From the sequence record SRR20825019_719: a DNA stretch of 20,000 nucleotides, one strand, 5' to 3'. Below, in pieces: positions 8,985-18,722 of this stretch. The notes beneath the pieces are model-generated. The model searched no databases and was not told the origin of the DNA. It saw only the letters and a list, made by a program, of their open reading frames with translations. The number at the start of each line of letters is the position of its first letter. Position 1 is the first letter of the stretch. A program made the position numbers and the translations under genes.

Positions 8985-9452
8985 ATGTTGAAATGGCTTA
9001 ATCTGTCTGCTGTTGTCATCGTGCTGGATCAGATCAGCAAATGGCTGATGATGAACTGGCTGGATCTGCATGAGACGGTTGCTGTCCTGCCGTCTTTCAA
9101 CCTGACGCTGGCACATAATTACGGTGCAGCTTTCAGCTTTCTGGCTTCAGCCGGCGGCTGGCAGCGCTGGTTTTTTGTGGTGCTGGCTCTGGCCATCAGC
9201 ACGGCACTGATCATCTGGCTCAAACGTCTCGGTGCTTATGCCAAGCTTGAGGCTGCTTCGCTGGCTTTGATTCTGGGCGGTGCGATTGGTAACGTGATTG
9301 ACCGGCTGATTCATGGTTATGTGATCGACTTTCTTGATGTCTACTATGGCAGTTATCACTGGCCGGCCTTTAATATCGCTGACTCAGCGATATGTGTCGG
9401 TGCAGTCCTGCTGATCTTTGACAGCTTCAGAAGCAAAACGGAGCCCCAATGA
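8985..9452 (+). CDS. lspA: Lipoprotein signal peptidase II
   Basis: LDQISK, NYGAAFS, GGAIGNVIDR, VIDF and WPAFNIADSAI. ATG 4 nt after the ileS stop. Confidence 0.97.
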   Translation: MLKWLNLSAVVIVLDQISKWLMMNWLDLHETVAVLPSFNLTLAHNYGAAFSFLASAGGWQRWFFVVLALAISTALIIWLKRLGAYAKLEAASLALILGGAIGNVIDRLIHGYVIDFLDVYYGSYHWPAFNIADSAICVGAVLLIFDSFRSKTEPQ

Positions 9453-10543
9453 GCTTTTGTGATCTCGCAGTCAGCGGCGTCGCCGAGCTGCAACCGTATG
9501 TTCCGGGTAAACCCATCGAAGAATTGCAGCGCCAGTATGGTGTGCGTGATGTTATCAAGCTGGCCTCCAATGAGAACCCGCTGGGCCCGTCTAAAGCTGC
9601 ACTGGCTGCAGTCGCCAAATCTGCTAAAGAGATGACGCGTTACCCTGATGGTAATGGTTACACTTTGAAAATGGCGCTGGCGGAAAAACTGCGTCTGTCG
9701 CCTGAGCAAATCACGCTGGGTAACGGTTCCAATGATGTACTGGAACTATTGGCAAGGGCTTTTGCCGGGCACGGTGACGAAGTCATTTATTCCGAACACG
9801 CATTCGCGGTCTACCCGCTGGCGGTCAAGGCGATTGGCGCGACCGGTATCGCCACCCCGGCGAGCGACTATGGCCATGATCTTAACGCGATGCAGAAGGC
9901 GATTTCGCCGCGCACCAAACTGATTTTTATTGCCAATCCCAATAATCCGACCGGTACCTGGATCGAGCCCGGAGAAATCCAGGCGTTTCTGGAGAAAGTA
10001 CCGGAAAAAGTACTGGTGGTGCTTGACGAAGCTTACGTTGAGTATCTCGATCAGACCGAGAATTCGGTCAACTGGTTACAGAATTTCGATAACCTCATCA
10101 TCACACGTACCTTTTCAAAGGCATACGGGCTTGCCGGATTGCGGATTGGTTATGCTTTGTCACATCCGGAAATTGCCGATCTGCTGAACCGTATCCGCCA
10201 GCCATTTAATGCCAATAGCCTGGCCCAGGCGGCGGCAGTAGCCGCGCTGGGTGACGAAGCGTATTTGCAGGAATCCCGGCAGGTCAATGAGGCCGGCATG
10301 AAACAACTCACTGCCGGTTTCGAGAGAATGGGACTGAAATTTATTCCGTCCAAGGGCAATTTCATTACGGTTAATGTGCATACCAATGCGGCTGAGGTTT
10401 ATGACGAACTGCTCTATGAGGGGGTTATTGTCAGGCCGGTAGCGGGCTATGGTTTGCCTCAGCATCTGCGCGTCAGCATTGGTCTTGCTGAAGAAAACCA
10501 GCGTTTCCTGGATGCCTTATCCAAAGTATTGGGGCGCGGCTGA
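9449..10543 (+). CDS. hisC: Histidinol-phosphate aminotransferase (HisC, aromatic-supraoperon type)
   Basis: KLASNENP, NPNNPTG, DEAY and TFSKAYGLAGLRIGY (PLP lysine). ATGA overlap with lspA. Confidence 0.95.
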   Translation: MSFCDLAVSGVAELQPYVPGKPIEELQRQYGVRDVIKLASNENPLGPSKAALAAVAKSAKEMTRYPDGNGYTLKMALAEKLRLSPEQITLGNGSNDVLELLARAFAGHGDEVIYSEHAFAVYPLAVKAIGATGIATPASDYGHDLNAMQKAISPRTKLIFIANPNNPTGTWIEPGEIQAFLEKVPEKVLVVLDEAYVEYLDQTENSVNWLQNFDNLIITRTFSKAYGLAGLRIGYALSHPEIADLLNRIRQPFNANSLAQAAAVAALGDEAYLQESRQVNEAGMKQLTAGFERMGLKFIPSKGNFITVNVHTNAAEVYDELLYEGVIVRPVAGYGLPQHLRVSIGLAEENQRFLDALSKVLGRG

Positions 10544-11430
10544 TGATTAATCGATTGGCGATTATCGGTGTCGGACTGATTGGCGGTTCGCTGTCCCTGG
10601 CACTGAAAAAGAAGGGCGCCGTCAATGAAGTGGTCGGTTATGCCCGTAGTGAAGAAGCGAGGAGTCAGGCACTGGAGTTAGGGATTATCGACCAGGCAGC
10701 TGGCTCTCTCGCCGAAGCCGTCGCTAGTGCCGATATGATCTTTGTTGCAGTGCCTATGGGCGCGATGGCTGAAGTGTTTGACGGTATTGCCGAGCATCTG
10801 AATCCTGAAGCCATCATTACCGATGGCGGCAGTGCCAAGTCTCAGGTTGTAGACGCTGCCAGGCAGGCTTTGGGAGATAAGTTTCGCCAGTTTGTGCCGG
10901 GTCACCCGATAGCGGGCACTGAAAAAAGCGGACCTTCCGCCGCCTTTGCCGAACTGTATCAGGATCACCGGGTTGTATTGACCCCGGTGGCTGATACCGA
11001 TTCTGCCGCGACCGCCAGGGTGAAAGCAATGTGGCAACTGACTGGTGCGGAAGTATTTGAAATGGACCTCGCGCATCATGACACCGTGCTGGCGGCAACC
11101 AGCCACTTACCGCATGTATTGGCGTTTAATCTGGTCGGCATGCTGGCCGAGCGTGATGATTGCGATGATGTGCTGCGTTACGCCGCCGGCGGCTTCCGTG
11201 ATTTTTCCCGGATTGCATCCAGCGATGCGGTGATGTGGCGCGATATCTGTCTGGGCAACCGCGAAGCAATACTGGCGTTGCTGGAACAATATCATCAGGG
11301 CATGAGCCGGATTGAAAAAGCGATTCGTGACGGCGACGGTGCTTACCTGATGGAAGTTTTTGCACGTGCCAAAAAAGCCCGTGATAGCCGTTTTGCCGAT
11401 CCTGATTTAATTGATAACAGCGAAGTCTGA
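10543..11430 (+). CDS. tyrA: Prephenate/arogenate (cyclohexadienyl) dehydrogenase
   Basis: GVGLIGGS Rossmann motif, TDGGSAK, GHPIAGTEKSG, SHLPH and GGFRDFSRIA. TGATG overlap with hisC. Confidence 0.93.
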   Translation: MINRLAIIGVGLIGGSLSLALKKKGAVNEVVGYARSEEARSQALELGIIDQAAGSLAEAVASADMIFVAVPMGAMAEVFDGIAEHLNPEAIITDGGSAKSQVVDAARQALGDKFRQFVPGHPIAGTEKSGPSAAFAELYQDHRVVLTPVADTDSAATARVKAMWQLTGAEVFEMDLAHHDTVLAATSHLPHVLAFNLVGMLAERDDCDDVLRYAAGGFRDFSRIASSDAVMWRDICLGNREAILALLEQYHQGMSRIEKAIRDGDGAYLMEVFARAKKARDSRFADPDLIDNSEV

Positions 11431-11444
11431 GAGCACAAGCGACC

Positions 11445-12764
11445 GTGTCTAGCGAAAACAACAAAAAATACATCGTCCATCCGGGCGGCATGATCAGTGG
11501 CGAACTGCGCGTGCCCGGCGACAAATCGATTTCTCATCGCAGTATTATGCTGGGTGCACTGGCTGAAGGCACCACAGAAATCACAGGCTTTCTTGAAGGT
11601 GAAGATGCGTTGGCTACACTGGCTGCGTTCCGTGCGATGGGGGTACATATTATCGGCCCGGATAAAGGCAGGGTCACCATTCATGGTGTTGGCATGCATG
11701 GGCTCAAAGCCCCGGATAAGGATCTCTATCTGGGCAACAGCGGCACTTCGATGCGACTGTTGAGCGGTTTACTGTCAGCACAAAGCTTCGATGTGACGCT
11801 GACCGGCGATAAATCGCTTTCAGGTAGACCGATGAAACGGGTAACTGATCCGCTGGCGTTGATGGGTGCTGAAATCGAGACTAACGAGGGTAAACCACCC
11901 CTGAAAATTCATGGTGGCAGACCATTGAAAGGGATCGTTTACGATTTGCCGATGGCCAGTGCTCAAGTCAAATCCTGTCTGCTATTGGCTGGCATGTACG
12001 CACAAGGTAAAACGTCGGTTACTGAGCCGGCACCCACCCGCGATCATACTGAACGCATGCTCGGCGGCATGGGCTATCCACTGCAACAACAGGATAGTAG
12101 GGTCACTATCCAGGGCGGCGGCAAACTGACCGCAACGGATATCGATGTGCCTGCCGATATTTCTTCCGCGACATTTTTCATGGTGGCTGCCGCGATTGCA
12201 CCGGGCAGTGATGTGACGCTCAAACATGTCGGCATTAATCCGACCCGGACTGGCGTGATTAATATTCTCAAGTTGATGGGCGCCGATATCACCTTGATGA
12301 ATGAAGCTGAAACCGGCGGCGAACCGGTGGCTGATATCCGCGTGAGGTATGCGCCACTTAAAGGCATTCAGATTCCGGAACAGCAGGTACCGCTGGCGAT
12401 TGATGAGTTTCCGGCATTGTTCATTGCCGCTGCCTGTGCCGACGGTCAGACCGTACTGACCGGGGCTGAAGAATTACGGGTCAAGGAAAGTGATCGTATT
12501 CAGGTCATGGCAGACGGTTTAAAAACGCTGGGCATAGATGCTGAGCCTACCGAAGACGGTATCGTGATCAATGGCGGCATTATTGGCAGCGGCGAAGTGG
12601 ACAGCCACGGTGACCATCGTATTGCCATGTCATTTGCGGTTGCAGCTTTGCAGGCAGGCAGCTCAATTCAGATCAATGACTGTGCCAATGTGGCAACTTC
12701 CTTCCCGGGGTTTGTCGAGTTGGCGATTGAGGCTGGACTCAATATCGAGGTGATCGATGAGTGA
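11445..12764 (+). CDS. aroA: EPSP synthase (class II motifs)
   Basis: [42 protein letters not shown] and DHRIAM. Confidence 0.97.
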   Translation: MSSENNKKYIVHPGGMISGELRVPGDKSISHRSIMLGALAEGTTEITGFLEGEDALATLAAFRAMGVHIIGPDKGRVTIHGVGMHGLKAPDKDLYLGNSGTSMRLLSGLLSAQSFDVTLTGDKSLSGRPMKRVTDPLALMGAEIETNEGKPPLKIHGGRPLKGIVYDLPMASAQVKSCLLLAGMYAQGKTSVTEPAPTRDHTERMLGGMGYPLQQQDSRVTIQGGGKLTATDIDVPADISSATFFMVAAAIAPGSDVTLKHVGINPTRTGVINILKLMGADITLMNEAETGGEPVADIRVRYAPLKGIQIPEQQVPLAIDEFPALFIAAACADGQTVLTGAEELRVKESDRIQVMADGLKTLGIDAEPTEDGIVINGGIIGSGEVDSHGDHRIAMSFAVAALQAGSSIQINDCANVATSFPGFVELAIEAGLNIEVIDE

Positions 12765-13425
12765 TATCCCGGTTCTGACGATTGATGGTCCCAGTGGCTC
12801 CGGCAAGGGCACTATCGCGCAGATGATTGCCCGCGAGTTCGGCTGGCATTACCTCGACAGCGGGGCTATTTACCGGGTGTTGGCGCAGGCGGCAATGAAA
12901 CATGAACTGGATTTGGCTGATGAAACTGCGCTGACCAGACTGGCGGAAAAGCTGGATGTGCGCTTTGCTTTTGATAATGCAGAACTCAAAGTGATGCTGG
13001 AAGATGAGGATGTGAGTCTGCGGATCCGGAGTGAGGAAGCGGGTAACGCGGCTTCAAAAGTGGCAGCGATTCCTTCGGTTCGCAGCGCTTTGTTGCAGCG
13101 ACAGCGCGATTTCAGGAAAATGCCCGGTCTGGTGACCGATGGTCGTGATATGGGTACCGTGGTGTTTGCGGATGCCCCATTTAAAGTTTTTTTAACGGCA
13201 AGCGCTGAGGAAAGGGCGCAAAGACGTTATAAGCAGTTGAAACAGAAAGGAATTGAGAGTAACCTTTCCGATCTGATCGCAGAAATCTCCGAGCGTGACA
13301 GACGAGACAGTGAACGCGAAGTCGCCCCGCTGAGGCCGGCTGAAGGTGCGCTTATCCTTGATTCTACTGAACTCGGGATTGAAGCGGTATTCGAACAAGT
13401 CAGCGCATTTTGCACTGACGGGTGA
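12757..13425 (+). CDS. cmk: Cytidylate kinase
   Basis: [20 protein letters not shown] and [10 protein letters not shown]. Confidence 0.97.
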   Translation: MSDIPVLTIDGPSGSGKGTIAQMIAREFGWHYLDSGAIYRVLAQAAMKHELDLADETALTRLAEKLDVRFAFDNAELKVMLEDEDVSLRIRSEEAGNAASKVAAIPSVRSALLQRQRDFRKMPGLVTDGRDMGTVVFADAPFKVFLTASAEERAQRRYKQLKQKGIESNLSDLIAEISERDRRDSEREVAPLRPAEGALILDSTELGIEAVFEQVSAFCTDG

Positions 13426-13432
13426 TTGAGGC

Positions 13433-13534
13433 CCCGGTCGGCCATGCCGATTGGGATTTTTAACGATCCTGCATGTCGCAGGTGATAACTAATGGTGATC
13501 TTGTTATCTCTAAGCAAGGTCAAGGATAACTAAC
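13433..13534 (+). promoter_or_regulatory. rpsA 5' leader (probable S1 autoregulatory structure)
   Basis: Hairpins CCCGGTCGGC/GCCGATTGGG (13433-13455), CCTGC/GCAGG (13468-13482) and GATAAC/GTTATC, separated by AU-rich linkers, like the multi-hairpin gammaproteobacterial rpsA leader. Confidence 0.55.
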
Positions 13535-15208
13535 ATGAGCGAAAGCTTTGCTGATCTCTTTGAAGAGAGTTTAAATTCAACTCCCATGCAACCAGGCAAG
13601 ATTGTTACCGGTACGGTAGTCAATGTGGGCCCTGATGTTGTTATGGTTAATGCCGGCCTGAAATCTGAAGGCGCGATTCCAGTCTCTGAATTCATGAATG
13701 AAAATGGTGAAGTCACCGTTTCTATCGGTGATTTGGTCGATGTCTCGCTGGAATCCCTGGAAGATGGTTTCGGTGCCACTCACCTCTCGCGTGAGAAGGC
13801 CAAACAGGCCGAAGCATGGACCAAACTGGAACATGCCTATGAAGCGGGTGAGACCGTGACAGGTATGATTTCCGGCAAGGTGAAAGGTGGTTTCACTGTT
13901 GATCTGGAAAATATCCGTGCGTTCCTGCCGGGTTCTCTGGTCGATATTCGTCCTATCCGTGATACTTCCCACCTGGAAGGTAAAGATCTCGAATTCAAAT
14001 TGATCAAACTGGATCGCCCGCGCAACAACATCGTTGTGTCACGCCGTGCGATTATGGAAGAAGAAAACAGTGCAGAACGTGAAGCGCTGCTGGAAACCCT
14101 GGAAGAAGGTAAAGTTGTTAAAGGTATCGTTAAGAACCTGACAGATTACGGTGCCTTCGTTGATCTGGGCGGCATCGATGGTCTGCTGCACATCACTGAT
14201 ATGGCATGGAAACGTGTTAAACACCCATCTGAAGTGGTTGCCATCGGTGATGAAATTGAAGTTCAGGTTCTGAAATTTGATAAAGAACGTGAGCGTGTTT
14301 CTCTGGGTCTGAAACAAATGGGCGACGATCCTTGGAAAGATATCGCACGCCGTTATCCAAACAGCACCCGTATTCAAGGCAAAGTCACCAATATTGCTGA
14401 TTATGGCTGCTTCGTTGAAATCGAAGACGGTGTTGAAGGCCTGGTTCACATGTCTGAAATGGACTGGACCAACAAGAACGTTCACCCATCCAAGCTGGTT
14501 TCTCTGGGTGATGAAGTGGAAGTCATGGTGCTGGATATAGACGCTGAACGTCGTCGTATTTCACTGGGTATCAAGCAATGCCAGTCTAATCCTTGGGAAG
14601 AGTTCGCAATGACTCACAACAAGGGTGACAAGGTGAAAGGTGGCATCAAGTCAATCACTGACTTCGGGATCTTCATCGGTCTGGAAGGCGGTATTGACGG
14701 TCTGATTCACCTGTCCGATATCTCCTGGGAAGAAGACAACGAAGAACTGATTCGTGACTTCAAGAAAGGTGATGACGTTGAAGCCGTTGTCCTGGCAATT
14801 GACCCTGAACGTGAGCGTATCTCACTGGGTATCAAACAATTGCAGGATGATCCATTCTCTTCATTCCTGTCTGAAAACCCTCGCGGCACTATCGTTACAG
14901 GTACCATCACTGCCGTTGATGCACGTGGCGCCACTGTCGAACTGGCTGAAGGTGTAGAAGGTTACATCCGTGCCGCTGATATTGCGCGTGAGCGTATTGA
15001 TGATGCCAGCAAGGTCCTGACTGTAGGCGAACAAGTCGAAGCGAAATTTACTGGTATGTCACGTAAAGATCGCACCCTGACCCTGTCTATCAGAGCCAAG
15101 GACGAGAAAGAAGAGGCGGAAGCTGTCAAAGAGTACAGCAACGTCAATTCAGGCAACACCACACTGGGTGATCTGCTGAAAGAGCAAATGGATCAGAAAG
15201 ATAGTTAA
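13535..15208 (+). CDS. rpsA: 30S ribosomal protein S1
   Basis: [12 protein letters not shown] start and repeated S1 domains ([33 protein letters not shown]). Confidence 0.99.
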   Translation: MSESFADLFEESLNSTPMQPGKIVTGTVVNVGPDVVMVNAGLKSEGAIPVSEFMNENGEVTVSIGDLVDVSLESLEDGFGATHLSREKAKQAEAWTKLEHAYEAGETVTGMISGKVKGGFTVDLENIRAFLPGSLVDIRPIRDTSHLEGKDLEFKLIKLDRPRNNIVVSRRAIMEEENSAEREALLETLEEGKVVKGIVKNLTDYGAFVDLGGIDGLLHITDMAWKRVKHPSEVVAIGDEIEVQVLKFDKERERVSLGLKQMGDDPWKDIARRYPNSTRIQGKVTNIADYGCFVEIEDGVEGLVHMSEMDWTNKNVHPSKLVSLGDEVEVMVLDIDAERRRISLGIKQCQSNPWEEFAMTHNKGDKVKGGIKSITDFGIFIGLEGGIDGLIHLSDISWEEDNEELIRDFKKGDDVEAVVLAIDPERERISLGIKQLQDDPFSSFLSENPRGTIVTGTITAVDARGATVELAEGVEGYIRAADIARERIDDASKVLTVGEQVEAKFTGMSRKDRTLTLSIRAKDEKEEAEAVKEYSNVNSGNTTLGDLLKEQMDQKDS

Positions 15209-15226
15209 TATCTGACTGCATCAGGT

Positions 15227-15258
15227 GCACCCGGCTCCGGCCGGGTGTGCTGCTTTTT
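15227..15258 (+). terminator. GC-rich hairpin after rpsA (terminator or processing site)
   Basis: GCACCCGGC-TCCG-GCCGGGTGT followed by GCTGCTTTTT. Confidence 0.55.
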
Positions 15259-15323
15259 AGTCAAAGGATTTATACCATTCTTAACATCGGTGTTTGGCGC
15301 ATTATTCCAGGAACAATAAAGAC

Positions 15324-15614
15324 ATGACCAAATCAGATTTGATCGAAGCATTATCTGAAAAACAATCTCTACTGAATTATCGCGATGTTGAGCTGGCCGT
15401 AAAATTGATTCTCGAACAAATGAGTGACAGCCTTTCACAGGGCGACCGCATCGAGATTCGCGGTTTTGGAAGTTTTACACTGCATCACAGACCACCTCGT
15501 GTTGGTCGTAATCCTAAAAGTGGTGAATCAGTAAAGCTGGACGAAAAGTATGTTCCGCACTTTAAACCTGGCAAGGAGCTCCGTGACCGTGTTAATGATG
15601 CGGCCGGCTACTAA
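15324..15614 (+). CDS. ihfB: Integration host factor beta subunit
   Basis: [26 protein letters not shown] and [14 protein letters not shown], directly after rpsA. Confidence 0.97.
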   Translation: MTKSDLIEALSEKQSLLNYRDVELAVKLILEQMSDSLSQGDRIEIRGFGSFTLHHRPPRVGRNPKSGESVKLDEKYVPHFKPGKELRDRVNDAAGY

Positions 15615-15623
15615 ACTCAGACA

Positions 15624-16019
15624 ATGAAACTGAGCCAGGAAGCGGTTACTGAATATAACCAAATCCACAGTTATGATAATGACCATGTGGTCATTCGTCC
15701 CCAACATCAAAACCGGCTTGAAACCATCAAGTCGAACTTCATTCTGACCCGGAACCAGCTCATCGTTGACTGGCCGGTGACGGATATTATCAATATCACG
15801 GCCGCACAACTGGCCGAACTCCAGCGACTGGATCCGGAAGTTATTCTGTTTGCGACCGGGTCCGGTCTCTGTTTTGAATTCCAAAAAATAGCCAATCATT
15901 TTATGTCGTCGCAGATCGGTGTCGAGTTTATGGATATCGGTGCCGCATGCCGTACATTCAACCTGCTTGTGAGCGAACAACGCAAGGTGCTGCTGGCCGT
16001 CAGTCTTGACGGGCTGTGA
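15624..16019 (+). CDS. Mth938-like (DUF498 / NDUFAF3-like) protein
   Basis: PEVILFATG...IGVEFMDIGAACRTFNLLVSEQRKV signature. Confidence 0.88.
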   Translation: MKLSQEAVTEYNQIHSYDNDHVVIRPQHQNRLETIKSNFILTRNQLIVDWPVTDIINITAAQLAELQRLDPEVILFATGSGLCFEFQKIANHFMSSQIGVEFMDIGAACRTFNLLVSEQRKVLLAVSLDGL

Positions 16020-16243
16020 TCCGCTTCGCACTTCGTCCGCAACATGGCTTAAAACGACAATAGGATTCATTGATTTTTTCTTAAGCGATGCAGCTAAGTC
16101 ACTGTTTTATTTGGTGCCTAAGAATTGGGTGCAACGCCTTGAGATGGTCAGAACTTGACCACCCAGATGGTTCTTAGGAAAATTCCCGGTTACGCAGAAT
16201 AAATAAAGCATTTGCCATACCTGAGTCGGCATTTAACAAATCA

Positions 16244-16257
16244 TTGATCCAGATCAA
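16244..16257. promoter_or_regulatory. FNR/Anr box controlling ccoNOQP
   Basis: Perfect TTGAT-CCAG-ATCAA (palindrome extends to CATTGAT...ATCAATG) upstream of ccoN. Confidence 0.85.
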
Positions 16258-16401
16258 TGGATCTTGTCCATGAAAAAGTACGCGTTCAGGTAAAATTCAG
16301 CATGCTTTATTTATAAAGGCGTAATGAAAAGGGTCCTGGCTCCAAAAATATTAATAATGGAGCCGAGAGAGAGTTTTCCAAAGAGAGAAGGTGTGGTCGC
16401 T

Positions 16402-17826
16402 ATGCAAGCGGAACAACAGCAGTATAACTATCAGGTGGTCAAGTGGTTCGCCTATATGGCGTGTGTCTACTTGGTCATCGGCACCGGTGTCGGTGTTTAT
16501 ATCGCTTCGGAACTGGCTTGGCCGGTTTTGAACTTCGACAATCCTTACATTAGTTTCGGACGCCTGCGTCCGGTGCACACCAATGCGGTTATTTTTGCAT
16601 TCGGTGGTTCAACGCTGATGGCGACGGCTTACTACATCGTACAACGTACCTGTAGTACCCGCCTGTGGAGTGACAAACTGGCCTGGTTCACCTTCTGGGG
16701 CTGGAATCTGGTTATTCTCGCTGCTGTCATTACGTTGCCGCTGGGTTACACCCAATCCAAAGAATATGCGGAGCTGGAATGGCCGATTGATATTCTGATT
16801 GCTGCTGTCTGGCTGGCTTACACCTTCAATTTCATCATGACCATTTCGATCCGTAAGGTTTCCCACATCTATGTGGCGAACTGGTTCTTTCTGGCAATGA
16901 TGATCATGATCACCTATCTGCATGTGGTCAACAGCCTGGCGATTCCGGTTGAACTGTTTAAGTCCTACTCTATTTTCGCCGGTGTTCAGGATGCGATGAT
17001 TCAGTGGTGGTGGGGTCATAACGCAGTAGGTTTCTTCCTGACTGCGGGCTTCCTCGGCATCATGTATTACTTCGTCCCGAAACAGGCTAACCGTCCGGTT
17101 TATTCTTATCGTCTGTCAGTGATTCACTTCTGGGCGCTGGTATTTGGTTATGTCTGGCTGGGTGCACACCATCTGCAATACACCGCTTTGCCAGACTGGA
17201 CCGGCTCGCTGGGTGCCGCGATTTCTCTGGCGATGATCATTCCTTCCTGGGGTGGTGCCATCAACGGTATGTTTACCTTAAGTGGTGCTTGGGACAAACT
17301 GCGTACGGACTATATTCTGCGTTTCCTTATCGTGTCGCTGGCTTTCTATGCCATGTCGACCTTCGAAGGTCCAGTAATGTCATCCAAGACCGTCAACGCC
17401 CTGTCTCACTACACTGACTGGACTATCGGTCACGTTCACTCCGGTGCCCTTGGTTGGGTCGCTATGGTCTCTATCGGTGCGTTGTACCACATGGTTGAAC
17501 GTATGTGGGGCACCACCATGTACTCTGTGCGTCTGGTCAACATTCACTTCTGGATGGCAACGATTGGTACTGCTGTCTACATCACAGCGATGTGGGTCTC
17601 AGGCATCATGCAGGGTCTGATGTGGCGTGCTTATGATGAATACGGCAACCTGGCCTACACCTTTGTGGAGTCAGTCGCCCAAATGCATCCTTACTATGCG
17701 ATGCGGGCTGTAGGTGGTCTGATTTTCTTCCTGGGTGCCTGCGTTATGTTGTTCAACGTCACCGTGACTATCCGTCGCGCGATTGCCAAACCGTCTGCCG
17801 AAATGGCGACTGCGGCTAACATTTAA
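16402..17826 (+). CDS. ccoN: cbb3-type cytochrome c oxidase subunit I
   Basis: [46 protein letters not shown] and [16 protein letters not shown] 16402 follows GAAGGTG. Confidence 0.97.
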   Translation: MQAEQQQYNYQVVKWFAYMACVYLVIGTGVGVYIASELAWPVLNFDNPYISFGRLRPVHTNAVIFAFGGSTLMATAYYIVQRTCSTRLWSDKLAWFTFWGWNLVILAAVITLPLGYTQSKEYAELEWPIDILIAAVWLAYTFNFIMTISIRKVSHIYVANWFFLAMMIMITYLHVVNSLAIPVELFKSYSIFAGVQDAMIQWWWGHNAVGFFLTAGFLGIMYYFVPKQANRPVYSYRLSVIHFWALVFGYVWLGAHHLQYTALPDWTGSLGAAISLAMIIPSWGGAINGMFTLSGAWDKLRTDYILRFLIVSLAFYAMSTFEGPVMSSKTVNALSHYTDWTIGHVHSGALGWVAMVSIGALYHMVERMWGTTMYSVRLVNIHFWMATIGTAVYITAMWVSGIMQGLMWRAYDEYGNLAYTFVESVAQMHPYYAMRAVGGLIFFLGACVMLFNVTVTIRRAIAKPSAEMATAANI

Positions 17827-17836
17827 GGAGACTGGA

Positions 17837-18517
17837 ATGTCTGATCATAATTCTAATAAACCAGTTACCTTCCAGGAGAAACTGGAGAAAAATATCTGGG
17901 CGCTGGTGCTGGCAACGGCACTGGTAGTCTCGGTAGGCGGTATTGTTGAAATCGTCCCTTTGTTCTATCTGGATACGACATTCGAAGATGATGTCTTTCC
18001 GGAATATGAAGAACTGAAAGGGGTTCGTCCGTATACAGCGCTTGAGTTGGCCGGTCGGGATATCTATCAGCGTGAAGGCTGCTATCTGTGTCACTCTCAG
18101 ATGGTGCGTCCGTTCCGTGATGAGAAGGACCGTTACGGTCATTATTCACTGGCAGTGGAATCCCAGTATGACCACCCCTTCCAATGGGGCTCCAAACGTA
18201 CCGGTCCTGACCTGGCTCGTGTCGGTGGTAAATATTCCGATGCCTGGCATATCCAGCATTTGGAAGATCCTCGCTCCGTCGTGCCTGAATCAGTCATGCC
18301 TGGCTATCCATGGCTGAACGACGCCACGATTGATGGCGAAGGTATGGAAAAACGTCTGCGCGCGATGAGAGCGCTGGGCGTGCCTTATACCGATGAGCAG
18401 ATCCAAGGGGCTGCAGAGGCCGTTGCAGGTAAAACCGAAATGGATGCGATGGTGGCTTATCTGCAGGTACTGGGCACCATGGTGAAATTTGAGCCGGGCA
18501 GGGATTATCGTGAGTAA
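17837..18517 (+). CDS. ccoO: cbb3-type cytochrome c oxidase subunit II (monoheme)
   Basis: [25 protein letters not shown] and [18 protein letters not shown] precedes ATG 17837. Confidence 0.97.
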   Translation: MSDHNSNKPVTFQEKLEKNIWALVLATALVVSVGGIVEIVPLFYLDTTFEDDVFPEYEELKGVRPYTALELAGRDIYQREGCYLCHSQMVRPFRDEKDRYGHYSLAVESQYDHPFQWGSKRTGPDLARVGGKYSDAWHIQHLEDPRSVVPESVMPGYPWLNDATIDGEGMEKRLRAMRALGVPYTDEQIQGAAEAVAGKTEMDAMVAYLQVLGTMVKFEPGRDYRE

Positions 18518-18722
18518 ACTTCAAGAGTATTTTCATACTGATTGGAGCGCGATGACTGGAACCGACTGGTTCGGCCTGGTGTTTACAGTAGTGATCTTTC
18601 TACTGATGGTGGGACTCTATTTCTGGGTATTGAACCCGAAAAATAAAGACAAAATTGAATCCCATCGTTCCATGCCGCTGGATGACGACGACGAGACAAA
18701 TTCGGAGAAAAAAGATGGCTGA
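18510..18722 (+). CDS. ccoQ: cbb3-type cytochrome c oxidase subunit CcoQ
   Basis: One transmembrane helix followed by WVLNPKNK...SMPLDDD, located between ccoO and ccoP. GTG start overlaps the end of ccoO. Confidence 0.85.
   Translation: MSKLQEYFHTDWSAMTGTDWFGLVFTVVIFLLMVGLYFWVLNPKNKDKIESHRSMPLDDDDETNSEKKDG

Noticed and set aside
13535-15208. Internal sequence repeats in rpsA (e.g. cgtatttcactgggtatcaa / cgtatctcactgggtatcaa)
   Set aside because: Explained by the tandem S1 domains.
16088-16177. 29-codon ORF in the cco upstream region
   Set aside because: No RBS, no recognisable features, and a length expected by chance.
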